Part shown: positions 35,962 through 49,790 of the stretch, one piece after another
Layout: each line of letters starts with the position of its first letter
How positions within the stretch are numbered: position 1 is the first letter of the stretch
From: Microbotryum violaceum
Taxonomy: Eukaryota
Assembly: GCA_001244265.2 (NCBI GenBank)
Contig: CDLV01000015.1
Span: forward strand, 124,001 to 188,000
DNA: 64,000 nucleotides
Direction of reading: 5' to 3'
Translations under genes and position numbers: made by a program
The notes under the pieces: generated by a model
The model's input: only the letters and a program-made list of their open reading frames with translations
Databases searched by the model: none
Told to the model about the DNA's origin: nothing

Positions 35962-37737
35962 ATGATGAACCCCACTTCCGCAAGCGCATCCGCTGCTGCG
36001 TCCACCGAACCTGCTACCGCGACTACCAACGCAACAACCCCTACCACCACCTCAAAAATTACCCCAAGTCTACTCGACCACCTCACCACCTCGCTCCTCT
36101 CCTCCTCCTTCCCCGGCGTGCACTCGTACACGATCCACGTCGTCCGTTCCCAACCCCGTCGCTCGCACGCGCTCTTCCCCTGGGCTTCGAACGTCCATTC
36201 GTGCAAGGTCTTTCAACAAGAACTCCTTATCGTCCTTTCGGAGAAGAGAGGGGTAGAGGTCGGCTATCAAGGGGAGAAGGAATTTCTCCCCGTTATGGGC
36301 TTGGAGGCTTTCATCTATACAATCCCTTCGACTTCAACTTTATTGGTTTACATCTCCAAGATCGATACTTCAGGTTTAGCACCCACGGCTTACACACCTA
36401 CGAAGATAATCGTCTCTTCGTTCGTCGAATATGTGCTCAATTTCCCGTTTCAGGCGATGAGGAGGTGTAGGGTTTTCACGTTCGCAAAGAGTCATGGACA
36501 GTATTTGTTCCCTGGTAGTAAGGAGAATGAGAAGAAGAAGGTGTTGGATGACAAAGGTTTGGTTAGGTGGTGGAAAGCGACCCTAGGGAAGGCGGTGAAG
36601 GAGGTGGGCAAAACGGAGCAAGGGAGAAAGAGAGGAAAGGTAGGGATGTGGTACCTCGTACCCGGATTGTCGAGGCTCGAATCGTTACCTTATGTTCCCG
36701 ATCCGGCCGACGCGGAGGGAGGAACGAATTGGATTTATGGACATCCCTATCGCACGTTGTCGTCGCCTTTACATCCTCTTTCGAGATCAACGACCCAAGT
36801 CACCGATGCGGGGGAGATCGCCTTTTGGGACCATATCCCCTGCTTCCCCGACGATCCCAAAGCGCGCTTCTTCCACTCGCTCACTTCATCGACGATCGCA
36901 CCGAGCGGGAACGAGAACGATTACGACGACGTCATGACTTCCTTGGGTTCAGCGACGTTCGCTTCCGTCGCTTTGGCGAAAAGTCAGGCCGAGGGGATTG
37001 AAAGGGAACGGGAGAGGGAGAGGGCGAGGTTGAGAGAAGGGGTCATGGGGGGTATGGAGGAGTGGTGGGAAAGGATGGGGTGGAGACAAGAGTGTTGTAG
37101 TGGGGTGTTGACGGGCTTCTTTTGTTTGGCGAATGGGGAGGACCTTCCGGAGGTGGAGACAGAGTCGGAGGGGAATCAGGCATCGCAAGAGGAGGTTGAG
37201 ACGGAAGAGGTCGACGGCAAGATTGACGGAGAGCATCTTACCGCGACCACGACGGCATCAGCCTTGAATCCAACTGCGTCTACTACTACGACTCTGTCAA
37301 CGACGCGCCGCCTCAAGAAGGAAGACATGACCCTACCGCACGCGACCTTCATCAAGCTGTGGAGCCAATTCCACAACGTCGATTATGCCGAAGCGATTGG
37401 CCTCGCGCCCGAGACGGGCAAGATGGTAGCAAGCGTAAGAAAATGGGATGAGGATGTCGAGAGATTGGTTGTTGCGACCGTGGCCGGAGGGGCTGTCTCG
37501 AAGGGAGAGGATGCGGAGAACGAAGATTCTGCTCTGAGGGATAGCGAGCGGACACGGAAGAAGTACGAAAAATACGTCAAGCGGGTGGTGGAGGTGAAGA
37601 ATCCGGAATTGGCGGTGGGTCAGAAGAGGGCTCTGGAGGAACAGGCTCAAGCGCCGGTGGTGATCAACATGTTGGCGCCGAGGAAGAAGAAGAAGGTCGT
37701 CGTTGGAAATCCGACGGTGCCGACGACGGTTGAATAA
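35962..37737 (+). CDS. RTT109: Histone H3K56 acetyltransferase Rtt109
   Basis: Single 591-aa ORF with LVYISKIDTSG, FAKSHGQYLFPGS.EN..K.VLDD..LVRWW, IPCFPDDPKARF and WWERMGWRQEC. Confidence 0.95.
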   Translation: MMNPTSASASAAASTEPATATTNATTPTTTSKITPSLLDHLTTSLLSSSFPGVHSYTIHVVRSQPRRSHALFPWASNVHSCKVFQQELLIVLSEKRGVEVGYQGEKEFLPVMGLEAFIYTIPSTSTLLVYISKIDTSGLAPTAYTPTKIIVSSFVEYVLNFPFQAMRRCRVFTFAKSHGQYLFPGSKENEKKKVLDDKGLVRWWKATLGKAVKEVGKTEQGRKRGKVGMWYLVPGLSRLESLPYVPDPADAEGGTNWIYGHPYRTLSSPLHPLSRSTTQVTDAGEIAFWDHIPCFPDDPKARFFHSLTSSTIAPSGNENDYDDVMTSLGSATFASVALAKSQAEGIERERERERARLREGVMGGMEEWWERMGWRQECCSGVLTGFFCLANGEDLPEVETESEGNQASQEEVETEEVDGKIDGEHLTATTTASALNPTASTTTTLSTTRRLKKEDMTLPHATFIKLWSQFHNVDYAEAIGLAPETGKMVASVRKWDEDVERLVVATVAGGAVSKGEDAENEDSALRDSERTRKKYEKYVKRVVEVKNPELAVGQKRALEEQAQAPVVINMLAPRKKKKVVVGNPTVPTTVE

Positions 37738-38050
37738 GGGAGAGGAGGTGTGTCAGTAGTCTAGTGTAGCTTTGTTCGAAGGGTTTCATGCAGTACAGAT
37801 AAATCTTGTCGCAGCGACATGTCGTCTTGCAGCGACTTGGGTCGAGCACAACCTCTCGGGCGCCGGTAAGTGGATGGTTGAATAGGTAAGCTCGGCAGCT
37901 CGGCCGAAGTGGACGCTATCTCCTTTGCGCCTGCGTGCGCCTGTGCTTACCCGGTATCCGTCTCTTTCCCGTCTCGTCAGTCTGAGGCGCTCTTCCTTGC
38001 TTCCGCCTCACCCACTGCCTCCGCCGCAGGGCACCCACATCCACTTCATC

Positions 38051-41001
38051 ATGGCCACTCCACCCACGACCTACGACACTCCACCCGATCCCAAGTCTAC
38101 CGTCGACTACAGCCTCCCCTGGCCCGCGACGACGAAGGCCGGCTCCGGCTCGAACGCTCTCGATCCGACCACGAGGTTCTTCCCCGCAGCGCGTGCGGCC
38201 CCACTCCGTCATCAATTGCTCCCTACCACCTCCTCAACCGCTTCCTCGCAGCGTAGGACATGGGCCCGGAGAGTGGCGCTCTTGATCCTCGTCGTCGTGC
38301 TCGCGACGCATCCCATTGGTCCTGACCTCAGAACATGGTTCCTCCCCGCTTCGACGATCCCGCGCGAAGGCGGTCACGCCATCGGCAACGATGGTTTCAA
38401 TTGGATCATCAGGCGCCCTGGAGCTCGCAACAAGCAAGTATTGCCGGGCACCACGAAAACCTTGGAAGAGGTTTTTTTGAATATTCCGGACGCCGAGTCG
38501 GCGAGGGATACGTCGCATTCGTAAGTCGATCGCCGATGTCCTCGATCACGTGCTCCGTCAGAGGCCGTTCCCCGCACGAGAGCCCCGCGCGCTTGGCTGC
38601 AGTCGATATTGTAGTGCCACGTACATGCTGACTCTAACCACCGCTTTTGAAACAGATACACCTTTGAAACTCACATCGCCGGTACACCCGCCGATCGTCG
38701 CTCCGCCCTACGCGTCAAGGCCCAATTCGAGCAGGGACTTGCCCTACCCGTCTCTGATCCCGAAGCCCACGTCTTTGAATCTGGTAGTTCGGAGAGTCGA
38801 AACGCCCTGTATGGAAAGCCGAAATCCGAGAACGAACAGAGGTCGAAGAAGAAGAGTTGGATGCAGACCTTGTTGGGTCGGTATGGAATCGACTTGGCGA
38901 TTAACAGGGACGAAATGCGTGCCGTTCGCCCGAGGGTCTGGGTCGATACCTATCACACGTTACTCAACTACCCTGTTCGGCAAGCCCTGACGATGACTCG
39001 ACCCAACGAGGTCAAACCCTGCTTCGTCGCTTCGCTCAAGGAGGATATACTCCCCGAGGATCCGACCTCCGGACAAGGACCTCCACCCTTCCATGGTTTT
39101 TCCAAGAACGGTACGGCCAAAGGCCAACTCGTCTACGTCGGTCGAGGAACCCACGCCGAGTTCAAAGCCATGCACGCGCGCGGGATCGATTTCAAAAGCA
39201 AGATCGTGATCGCGCAATACTCGGGTTCGTTTCGAGGGCTCAAGGCGCAAGTCGCGGCCGAGTACGGAGCGGTCGGCTTGTTGATCTATTCGGATCCGGT
39301 GACCGACTTTGATCAAACCGTCGAAAAGGGGGTCAAGGCTTTCCCGCACGGACCGGCGAGACAACCTTCTTCGGTCCAAAGAGGCTCGGTTCAATTCTTG
39401 TCGATCTATCCGGGCGATCCATTGACCCCTGGCCTTCCGGCGTACGAGAACGCGACTCGCTTGGATCAGGACGATTACGCGAGTTTAAACATCCCTTCGA
39501 TCCCTTCGTTGCCGATCAGTTATGAGGATGCGATTCCGCTTTTGAAAAGCTTGAACGGCAAGGGATGGAAGAATGAGGATCGGGAGGAGGGAACGGGGTG
39601 GAAGGAAGGTGGGCTGAGGTACCGCGGCGTCGAGTATTGGTCCGGACCTGGCGAGAACGAGGTCGAGTTGATCAACATCATGGAAGGCGGCATCAACAAG
39701 ATTTGGAACACGTACGCATTCATCCCCGGTTGCCAAGTCGAGGAGGAGGTCGTCGTGATTGGGAATCACCGGGATGCGTGGACGTTCGGAGCCGGTGATC
39801 CCATCTCCGGAACAGCGAGCGTCGTCGAAATCGTCAAGGGCTTTGGGTATTTGTTGAAGAAGGGGTGGAAGCCGCGTCGTAGTATTCTGATCGCCAGTTG
39901 GGACGCGGAGGAATACGGCCTCATCGGATCGACCGAGTTTGGCGAGGATTACCCGCAGTTCATCCAGGAGCGGGTGGTGGCTTATCTGAATGTCGATATC
40001 AGTACGACCGGGACGGGGTACGGGATCAGGGCGTCGCCGAGTTTGGGGAAGGTCATACAAGAGATGTCGAGGAGGGTGTTGGATCCGACGGCGCAGAGGG
40101 AGGGAACGACGTTGATGCAGGGGTTGGAGGAGAGGAAGAAGGCGGGCGTCATGAAGGGACAGGGGGTCGAGGTTGTGGAAGCGCTCGGTTCGGGCTCGGG
40201 TGAGTCGTGTGCATTGTGCTCAGTTGACCACCGTCCTCTGAAAGGATGTATCTGATCGGCACCAAACTAATTCCCACAGACTTCACCGTATTCCTCCAAC
40301 ACCTTGGCATCGCATCCTGGGATACAGGGTACTCGGCCCTGCCTTCCGACCCGGTCTATCACTACCACTCATCGTACGACTCGGCCTATTGGATGGACCA
40401 TTTCGGAGACCCTTCTTTCGAACGGCATGTTGCTATCGCGAAAGTTTTGGGACTGGTCGCGTTGAGGTTGAGTGAGGAAAGGGTCTTGAATGGGATTGAT
40501 GTGCTGAGTTATGCGAGGGAGTTGGAGAGGTATTTGAAAAAGGTTCCGAGTGTTCCGGAAGGGTTGCAAGGGGACAGGGAAGCGTTGAAGGATGCGATAA
40601 AGGAGGTGGGGGACGCAATTGAAGAGGTCCAACGTGCGGCTGAGGAGTTGGAAGAGGAAACGAGGGAGGTCGAGGACGATCTACGCGTAGTGGAGGGGAT
40701 GTTCGTCATGGAAAGCTCAGTGCTGCGCGATCTGGAGCGAAGGGTCAAGAGCATTAATACCCGACGCCGGACGTTCGAACAAGGGTTCTTGGATGATCAG
40801 GGTTTGAAGGGCAGGGAATGGTATAAGAACCTTGTGGTTGCTCCGGGGAGGCATCTGGGGTATGGGGCGACGACCTTGCCAGGGTTGACGGAGGCGATTA
40901 CGTTGGACGAGGACTTGCAAGGCGCAGTCGAGGAGGCGAGGAGGTTGAAGGTGGTGTTTGGTAAGCTTGCAAGGAGGTTGAGGGAGACGTCCCTTCTGTA
41001 G
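38051..41001 (+). CDS. Glutamate carboxypeptidase II-like M28B peptidase (type II membrane; PA and TfR-dimer domains)
   Basis: N-terminal TM segment, HIAGT, SVQRGSV, YPGDPLTPG, and Zn-ligand motifs GNHRDAW, GAGDP.SG, WDAEEYG, YLNVD and YHYHS. 3 exons. Confidence 0.93.
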
Positions 41002-41319
41002 TACCGTGGATTGTATGTAGCCGGTTCGTTCTTCATAGGGTGTGACGCAAAGTGATACTAGAAGCGCGAACCTGGAAGCCACAGTTTAGGGTGATTGACC
41101 TCCTCGGTGCAAATTCTTCGTTTCATATTTCGCCCTTTGCTGTTCAGACTTTGTTCGACAGATTTACCATGTTCTCCCCGCACGGGGTCTCGGGCCCGAG
41201 ATTGCCATTTGCTTCCAGCCGAGGTTGATCGTTATCGACAGCTCAGGGACGGAGCTTTGCGCCTCGGGCGCATCTCTCTCCGCCTCCTCCCGCCCTCTCC
41301 TCCATCCGAGCCCAGCACG

Positions 41320-43430
41320 ATGGCCAACTCGACCTTGCCCAACTGCAACTCGGCGTCCAATCTGACCTGCACTCTAACCGATCACGACCGTTCGACTCTC
41401 CCCTCTCATCTCCCACCTTGCGAGCCCCCACATCCCCACCCGCTACCCACGTACTGGTCCGATAAGTTTACTTCCCCTTTCCAACACCACAACGCCGAGG
41501 TGACGACCCCTCTACCGTCTAAAGCGGAGGTAGTGATCGTAGGCTCGGGAATGACTGGTCTTTGGGCCTTACTGGGTGTCGTGGAAGGTGTTTTGGAACG
41601 ACGTCGACGTCCCACTGCTGGTGCCAGATCGCGGATAAGACGAAACGATGTTCAAGAGGTCGGTAGTAGTAGTAGTATCAGAAGCACGCCGCGCAAAGTG
41701 ATCGTACTAGAAGCTAGAGATTTTGCTTCCGGTGCGACTAGTAGGAATGGTGGTCATCTAACTGGGTTACCTTTGTTGCATTTCTCGAATTGGAGAAAGA
41801 TGGTTGGGATTCAAGATACGAAGAGGATGGTTCGACTTGAAGCGAGTTCGATCGAGTTGATCAAAGGGTTGTGTAGGAGGGAAGGGTGGGGAGAGGAAGT
41901 GGATTTGGTGGAGGGGGGGAACGTGCATTTGTTCGATACGGTCGAGGAGATGGAGAGTGTGAGGAATAGTTTGGACGAGGCGAGGAGGTGTGGGCTCGAG
42001 GTCGGCTCGGAGTATCAGTGGTTGACCGCGGAGGAGGTGCATCAGGTGGGTTAGGCACGATAGAGCCGGATCATCTTTTTTTGGAAAGCTGGAAAGACGA
42101 GCTGATAGTAGTGTACGCTCTCTTTTTTGCTTTCTGCGAATCATAGCTCTACGGTGCCTCTCCGACCCACCTCGTCGGCGCCGTTCGTATCCCAGGCAAC
42201 ACCCTCTATCCGCTCAAATTCCTTACCAAACTCTACCAACATTGTCTCGATCGGATAAAGGACGAAGGTGCGGAGGAAGAGCTCGAGGTCGAGCTGTTTA
42301 CGGGGTGCTGCGTGGAGAAGGTGGAAGAACGGAGGGGTGAGGGGGATGTGGGGGTGGGGGTGGGGAAGGCGGGAGGGGGAAGGTGGAGGGTTTTAACGAC
42401 AGGAAAGGGAGTGGTGCAGTGGTGTGTACCATTCCTTGCTCTTTCTCGCGAGCGAAAATCATCGCAGAACAGCTTGACCGAAAGAAAGACTGACTTTCTT
42501 CATTACAGCGACTACGTCCTTCACTGCACCAACGCCTACGCCTCTTACCTCATACCCTCACTCGCTCAAGGACCTCTCCGCATCGTTCCGACGAGGGGCC
42601 AAGTCGTCTCCGTACTCCCCACTGACCAAGAGCAAGGAGCAAGTACATCGGTTTGGCCCAGATGGTCCAACTCGTTCTCTTCCCCACAAGGTGGCGAGGA
42701 ATACTACTTCCAACGCCCTTATCCCGACTCCGATCAACACGGGAAGCAGCAGCCGAGGTCGATCATTCTGGGGGGCAGTCGTTCCGCTGCGAGCGAGACC
42801 GGGTACGAGTATGGTTTGAGCGACGATTCGAGGGTGAATGAAAAAGTGGGAAGCAGGTTGAGAGCGTATTTGAGGGAACAATTCCCCGAGGTGTTTGGGG
42901 AGGTGGAGATGGGGAGCGCATCGATGTTGACGTCGAAGCGGACAACGACTGCGCAAGGGGGGACATTGCGCTTCCCTCACGAATGGACGGGCATTATGGG
43001 GTTTACGCAGACGAATCAACCCATCGTGGGACCTCTCTACGCGCGATCCGTTGTGGATGGGGAGGTACGACTTCTGAAGGGGCAATATATCAGTGCGGGG
43101 TATTCGGGACATGGGATGCCGAGGGCGCCGGGATGTGGGAAGTGGATCGCGGAGAGGGTGATGAGGGATATGGACGAAGAGGACACGGTTCATGGAATGG
43201 TAGAGGTGGAGGAGGGTTGGGAGCTCATTGGTGCGGACGATGAGGAGCAAGAGAGCGGTGGCAGTGGGGCGTACGAGGGGACTTGGGACGCGATCTTGCC
43301 CAACTTGTGGAAGTTGACGGAGCAGAGGTGGAGGGACCATTTCAGGGAGATGGATGATGCGATGCAGCGCTCTGGCTCAGAGGAAAGAGGGATGAGAGGT
43401 AGTCAAAGTAGATGGTGTAGTGTGCAATAG
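41320..43430 (+). CDS. FAD-dependent oxidoreductase, DAO/PuuB-like family
   Basis: VVIVGSGMTG, VLEAR..SGATSRNGGH, HCTNAY, PTRGQV, WTGIMGFT and AGYSGHGMP. 3 exons. Confidence 0.9.
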
Positions 43431-43683
43431 TCCAGTGACTTCGTCACAATCCAAGTTCAGTCGATTGAGCTGTTTAGCCAAAAAGCAGCTTTGCCTCCGC
43501 CAAGACAAGCGTCTCTTTCTTCGGTTCTTGCGATCGAATGTCGCCGGGGAGGTGAATCCGATCCATAGTCTTTGCGTTCAATCAAAGTCCATTGATATTT
43601 GTTTCTTTTGAAAAGTCGCGAACCCAAGTCGACGCTCTCCAAACAATGCTGAGGGAGTGCGACGATGCCTATTCGCCATCAGC

Positions 43684-44345
43684 TCATTCCCTCTTAATTC
43701 CCAATAATTCCACTTCAAACACCAAAGTCGAATTCGCAGGGATCAAACCCCCACCGACGGATTGCGAGCCGTAGGCGTAATCCGGGGTGCAGGTCAGTTT
43801 CCGAGAGGGAGGACGGATGAGGGTTGGGTTTAGGGGATTGGTGTTCGGATAGGTTCTAAAGAAAGAGCTTGAGAGCACTTACGGCCTGTGCGATCCGAGA
43901 CCGAGTCGGATCGGATCCGATGAAGGAAGCCACCTCATCAGCACCCGGCGCAAAGTTCTCCGTTAGCCAAACGTACCTTTTCGCCCAAATTCAATTGCTT
44001 CACCCCTTCATCCCATCCTTTGATCACCTGCCCTACACCGATCTGGCATTCAAAAGGTGTGCCGCGTTGGACGGAGGAATCAAACGTTTTGCCCGTGCTG
44101 AGGAGCGTGCCGATGTAATGGATCTTGACTGTAGGGTCAGAAGTAGTACGCGATGAGCGCGCAAGGATTGTTCGGAGTCCGGGAGGGGGAAAAGGGTACG
44201 CATCGTGATCGCCCGTGCGAGGGAAGGTCTTTCCGTCCCCCGGGGAAAGCGTAGCGACTGTGACGCCGAGTGAACGCGTGGTCGATGAGAAGGTGCGGAC
44301 AGTGGAAGATGTGAGACGGAGGGTGCGGAGGAGCGGCAGGGACAT
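43684..44345 (-). CDS. FPR1: FKBP12-type peptidyl-prolyl isomerase with mitochondrial presequence; two splice sites are non-canonical
   Basis: [44 protein letters not shown] and [11 protein letters not shown]...[14 protein letters not shown]. Splice anomalies are described in the findings. Confidence 0.9.
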
Positions 44346-44664
44346 GGCTGTTTCGTTTCGAGCGGTCGAGGGGTGTGGAGGGTGGAGATCAGGGGAGAGG
44401 GGGCCAAAGTGGGGGGATGTAAGGCATTCATTCCCGCCTTACAAGGTCAGGCGCATTTGTAAGGCGCGTCGTGATCGACCCATCGCCAATTTGTAATGCC
44501 GATTCTCGGACGGGACTTCGCAGCGAGTTTCGGCTTCTCTCACTCTCTCGCGCGCGCGTTCTGGGAAGTACTAATCCACACCCTACACGTGCCTTCCAAG
44601 CAAGGCGACCTCCGACGGTCTACTATTCCAGTTTTGAGTGTTGGACTCGACATCTTGCTCAGTA

Positions 44665-46044
44665 ATGACTTCCTCCTCCAAGCCCCAGCCCCAGCCTAAA
44701 GCACCGACCTCACCCATCGCTTCCACCTCGTCGTGCTCGTCGTCGACCTCCAACGCTTCAACCTCAATCCCGCAAATCATCCAAGCGACCTTGACCCAAT
44801 GTCAGATCATACTGGGCGTGGTGTCAGCTCAGCTCGAACCGAGCGAAAGCACGTACTCGAACACCAAGGGAACCTCAACCCCTACTCATACAACTCCTTC
44901 GTTCACTCTATTGAAAGCGATTCGTTCCGACCACCTCTCTCTCGCTCAACAGATCCATTCAGCAGTGACGAGTATAGCGTTGGGGTTCAAACCACCTATC
45001 TCGACAGCTAATGGGCTCGAGAGCGTGTTTGAGCAATTGAGAGCGGTCGTTGCGAAGGTCGAGTTTGGAGTTGGGGAGTTGCGCAAGTTCGGTCGGGGCG
45101 CTGGGAGGCGGAGGAGGGGTGGGGGATGTTTGGAGAGGGAATTGAGGTAGGTTCTTTTGTATAAGAGGGTCTGGTCGGGGGAGATGGGAGATGGGAGGTT
45201 GGGGAGACAGGAGTGCGACGGCGGAGGAGCAAAAATGTTGATTAACCCCACCCCTTTCTTTATTCCGTAACTCGCGCGCAGACTTAGCACCCAAGACCTG
45301 ATCGAAGTCACTCAAGCATTCCTCAATACCTCTTTACAAGTATACAACACCTCCACTGCCCAGACACCGTCTACGCAAGAGTCCAAACTACGCGACCAAC
45401 TCTTACTACATACGTCCCTCGTTTGGGCCGCGGTGGAGAGGAGCAAGTTGATTTCCGAGAACGAATTGCGCGCTTTGAATACGAGATGGAAGGGGGTGGT
45501 GGAGGTGTTGGAGGATTGTTTGGAGGAGGTGAAGGGGTTGGAGAATGCGCAAATGGGGCAAGACGGGGAGGCGGAGGACAGTGAGCGGGACGAGGATGAT
45601 TATCGCACGAGTCACCCTTTGGACGAGCAGGAGAAGAAAACGGCCAAAGCGTGTTTGATGCTGTTGAGGATCGGGAACTTGATCGTCAAACGCGTTATTG
45701 GGGTGACGGGGTTGGCTGCTGGCAAAGATGCAGAAGAAGAAGAAGAAGAAGGAAAGGGCTTTCATTCCGAAGCGTTTCAAGACAAGGCGGACGAACAGAT
45801 CGAAGCCATCTCTGAAGCGGCGGACGAATTAGCGAGTTATTTGGAACCGCCTCATGAAATGGACGAATTAGGAGAAGCGGTGGGTGAGTTTGTAGCGCAG
45901 GTCGAGGCGTTGATCGAATGCGTTTTGGAGGCGTGTTGGGAAGGAGAAGGGGACGGAGAGGATAAAGAGTTGTTGTGGTTCAATATGGGCAAGGTGCAGC
46001 TCAGGGGGGCGGAAAAGAAGGTCAGGGAGTTGTTGGTAGTGTGA
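44665..46044 (+). CDS. GCIP / cyclin-D1-binding protein 1-like helical protein (2 exons)
   Basis: VTSIALGFKPP and TSLVWAAVE...ENELRAL..RW....EVLEDCLEEV, an acidic tract, then EAISEAADELASYLEPP. This pattern recalls the fungal GCIP family. Confidence 0.65.
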
Positions 46045-46340
46045 TATAATGAAGTGCGGGTTCAAGTTGCGAGAAAAGTGCAGAGCAGATTCAGATTCGC
46101 CGATTGGATTTGAGAAGTGTCAGTGCGTAATAATATGTAATATCCGATCTCTCTGCTGCGCGAGCTTGCGCGAGAGCGACGCGCGTCCCCCCCTCATATA
46201 ATGATCACGTCGTCGTCGGCCTACGCTCTTGCTCCTCCTTGACATACCCTCTTGCTGCTCCCACCTCATCCCCCCGCACCTCAGCGCATCGCATCACCAC
46301 ACCTCCCACACACCACCTTGCTCAACACCGCGCGGCAGCC

Positions 46341-47917
<1,577 letters not shown>

Positions 47918-48073
47918 ACGGCTTTGGAATGAGAACCCGGGTGGATTCGTGTCACTCAAAGGAGCTTGCGGAGAAAGGAGAGACACACACAGAGAAAGAA
48001 AGAGTACATAGAACAGGTTTGATTCCCCAGTTCGACATCCAACATCCACAAAATCTCGTCCCTTCCCATCACC

Positions 48074-48367
48074 TCAAAGCCTGAACCTGAAACCCGGATG
48101 CTTCTGCCCCAATCGCGCAACAGCCTTATCCGACATACCCTCGAGCAACGCATCATCACGTGCGGCCTCTCGGCGCGCGTTCTCCAGTAGGTGGTATTTC
48201 CATAGACCGAGGGTCAGGATGAGGACCATCAGGGAGGATACGAGGCAAAGGATGTTGCCCGGGAGGTTCCGGGCGCGAATCTGCTCCCGTGTTCGTGAAT
48301 CGGGTTGAGCATGCAATCGAGTCAGACTTCTCTTCTTTTTCGTGGGGTGCAGTACAAACTTTTTGAA

Positions 48368-48409
<42 letters not shown>

Positions 48410-49790
48410 GGGGTAAATAAATCCACGTAGCGACGAGTCCACCCGTATTCGCGCCAAAGACGAATAGAGCGATAGCGCCCGCTCGCGCCGTATCAGAGGT
48501 CGTGTTGATCGTCGTCCAGGTGGTCGCGAGGGAAAGGAAAGGCGTCGCACCGGCCGTGATGAGGAAACAGGCCGCGTAGCGCACGTGCGGGGAGGACGAG
48601 AGGGTAAACATCAGGTAGCCTGGGGTGAAAGATGGAGTAGGGGAATGATTAGAAATATGGGGACGGAGAGATAAAGCGCAGCTCCGGATCGCGAAGAGGA
48701 GGCTGCTCCCGTCGGATCGACTCAGGGACTCGAGACTCACCGATCGCAGTCAACGGCGAAGCGATGACGATATACACCGCACGTCGTTTCGTCTTCCACG
48801 ACAAGTAGAGCAGAATTAATGCCATCACCGCTCCTAGGATCCAGGGGGGCACCGTACGCAGTTGAAGAGCGATAACGCCCTTGTTCGGGAAAATCGTTTT
48901 CACGATGGTGGGGAGGAAGAATTCGAGGCAGAGGATCGGGATGGTGACGAAGAAGGGGGTCAGAGTGATGATCACGGAAGCTGAGGAAAGAGTCGAACGT
49001 GATGTTTAAAAACCCAATTTAAATGTTTTCAAAGTATGAACCGAAATCTGAGAGACTCACTCGTATTGAACATGCCCGCGAAGAAGACTTCCTTTTTCAT
49101 CGAGTCGACGACCTCGATCGCGCCGACGTTCTCACTCTTGCTTCGAGCGGCGCAGAGTACTTTCTCCTCGGCGTTAAGCCACTGCAGGAGGTCGCAAAAG
49201 GTGTTCAGGGATTGATTTTGAATGGGCTTTTATCCGACTACGTGAACGTGGAGAATCTCCCTCGACTTACCTTGGCTGTCTCGGGTCGGTCAGGCAAGAG
49301 GAAGAAGCTGAGGAGGCCCAAGGGCATGAGTATGGCAATCCTTTTCGATGCGATTTTTTTTTGAACGAGATGAAACTCACGACGACGAAGACTGTCGAGT
49401 CAAAGTGGATTCGAAGATGCAGAAATTGTGTCAACTTTCCACCCTAATTCGGCGACTCGGATTATCACCGATCGGACCTCCAGGGTTCTCCCCCGATAAC
49501 TGTTCCAAAGACTCACTCATACGCCAATAATGAATTGCGCCAAAGGGCTTGACCTCCAACAAACCCGATGCAAACAAACCCCCGAAGGCGCCCGAAAGAG
49601 GGGCGAAGACGCTGAAGAGCGCGAGGCGGAAGCAAAGCTCATCCTTGCGGTACCAGCGCGAGAGGTAGTAGACGATGCCTTTTTACACGGTAAGTGGGGA
49701 AGGGTTAGTGAAGAGGTTTTTGGTACAGGCGTGGAAAGCTGTACGTACTGGGATGATGATCGCCGTTTCAGGCAAAATCGACACCCGGCT
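48074..49790 (-). pseudogene. Decayed, 5'-truncated MFS transporter (ACS/Dal5-Tna1 family)
   Basis: Recognisable exons GIVYYLSRWYRKDEL.FRLALF, LSGAFGGLFA, FFLLPDRPETAK|WLNAEEK, FFLPTIV, LRTVPPW and HPGFRFRL*. Three junctions (~49743, ~49340, ~48406) do not keep the frame, and no N-terminal exons were found. Assembly errors are an alternative explanation. Confidence 0.65.
48369..48405 (+). repeat. Poly(A) tract, 37 nt
   Basis: Direct count. It sits immediately after a splice-donor position of the minus-strand MFS gene. Confidence 0.97.
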
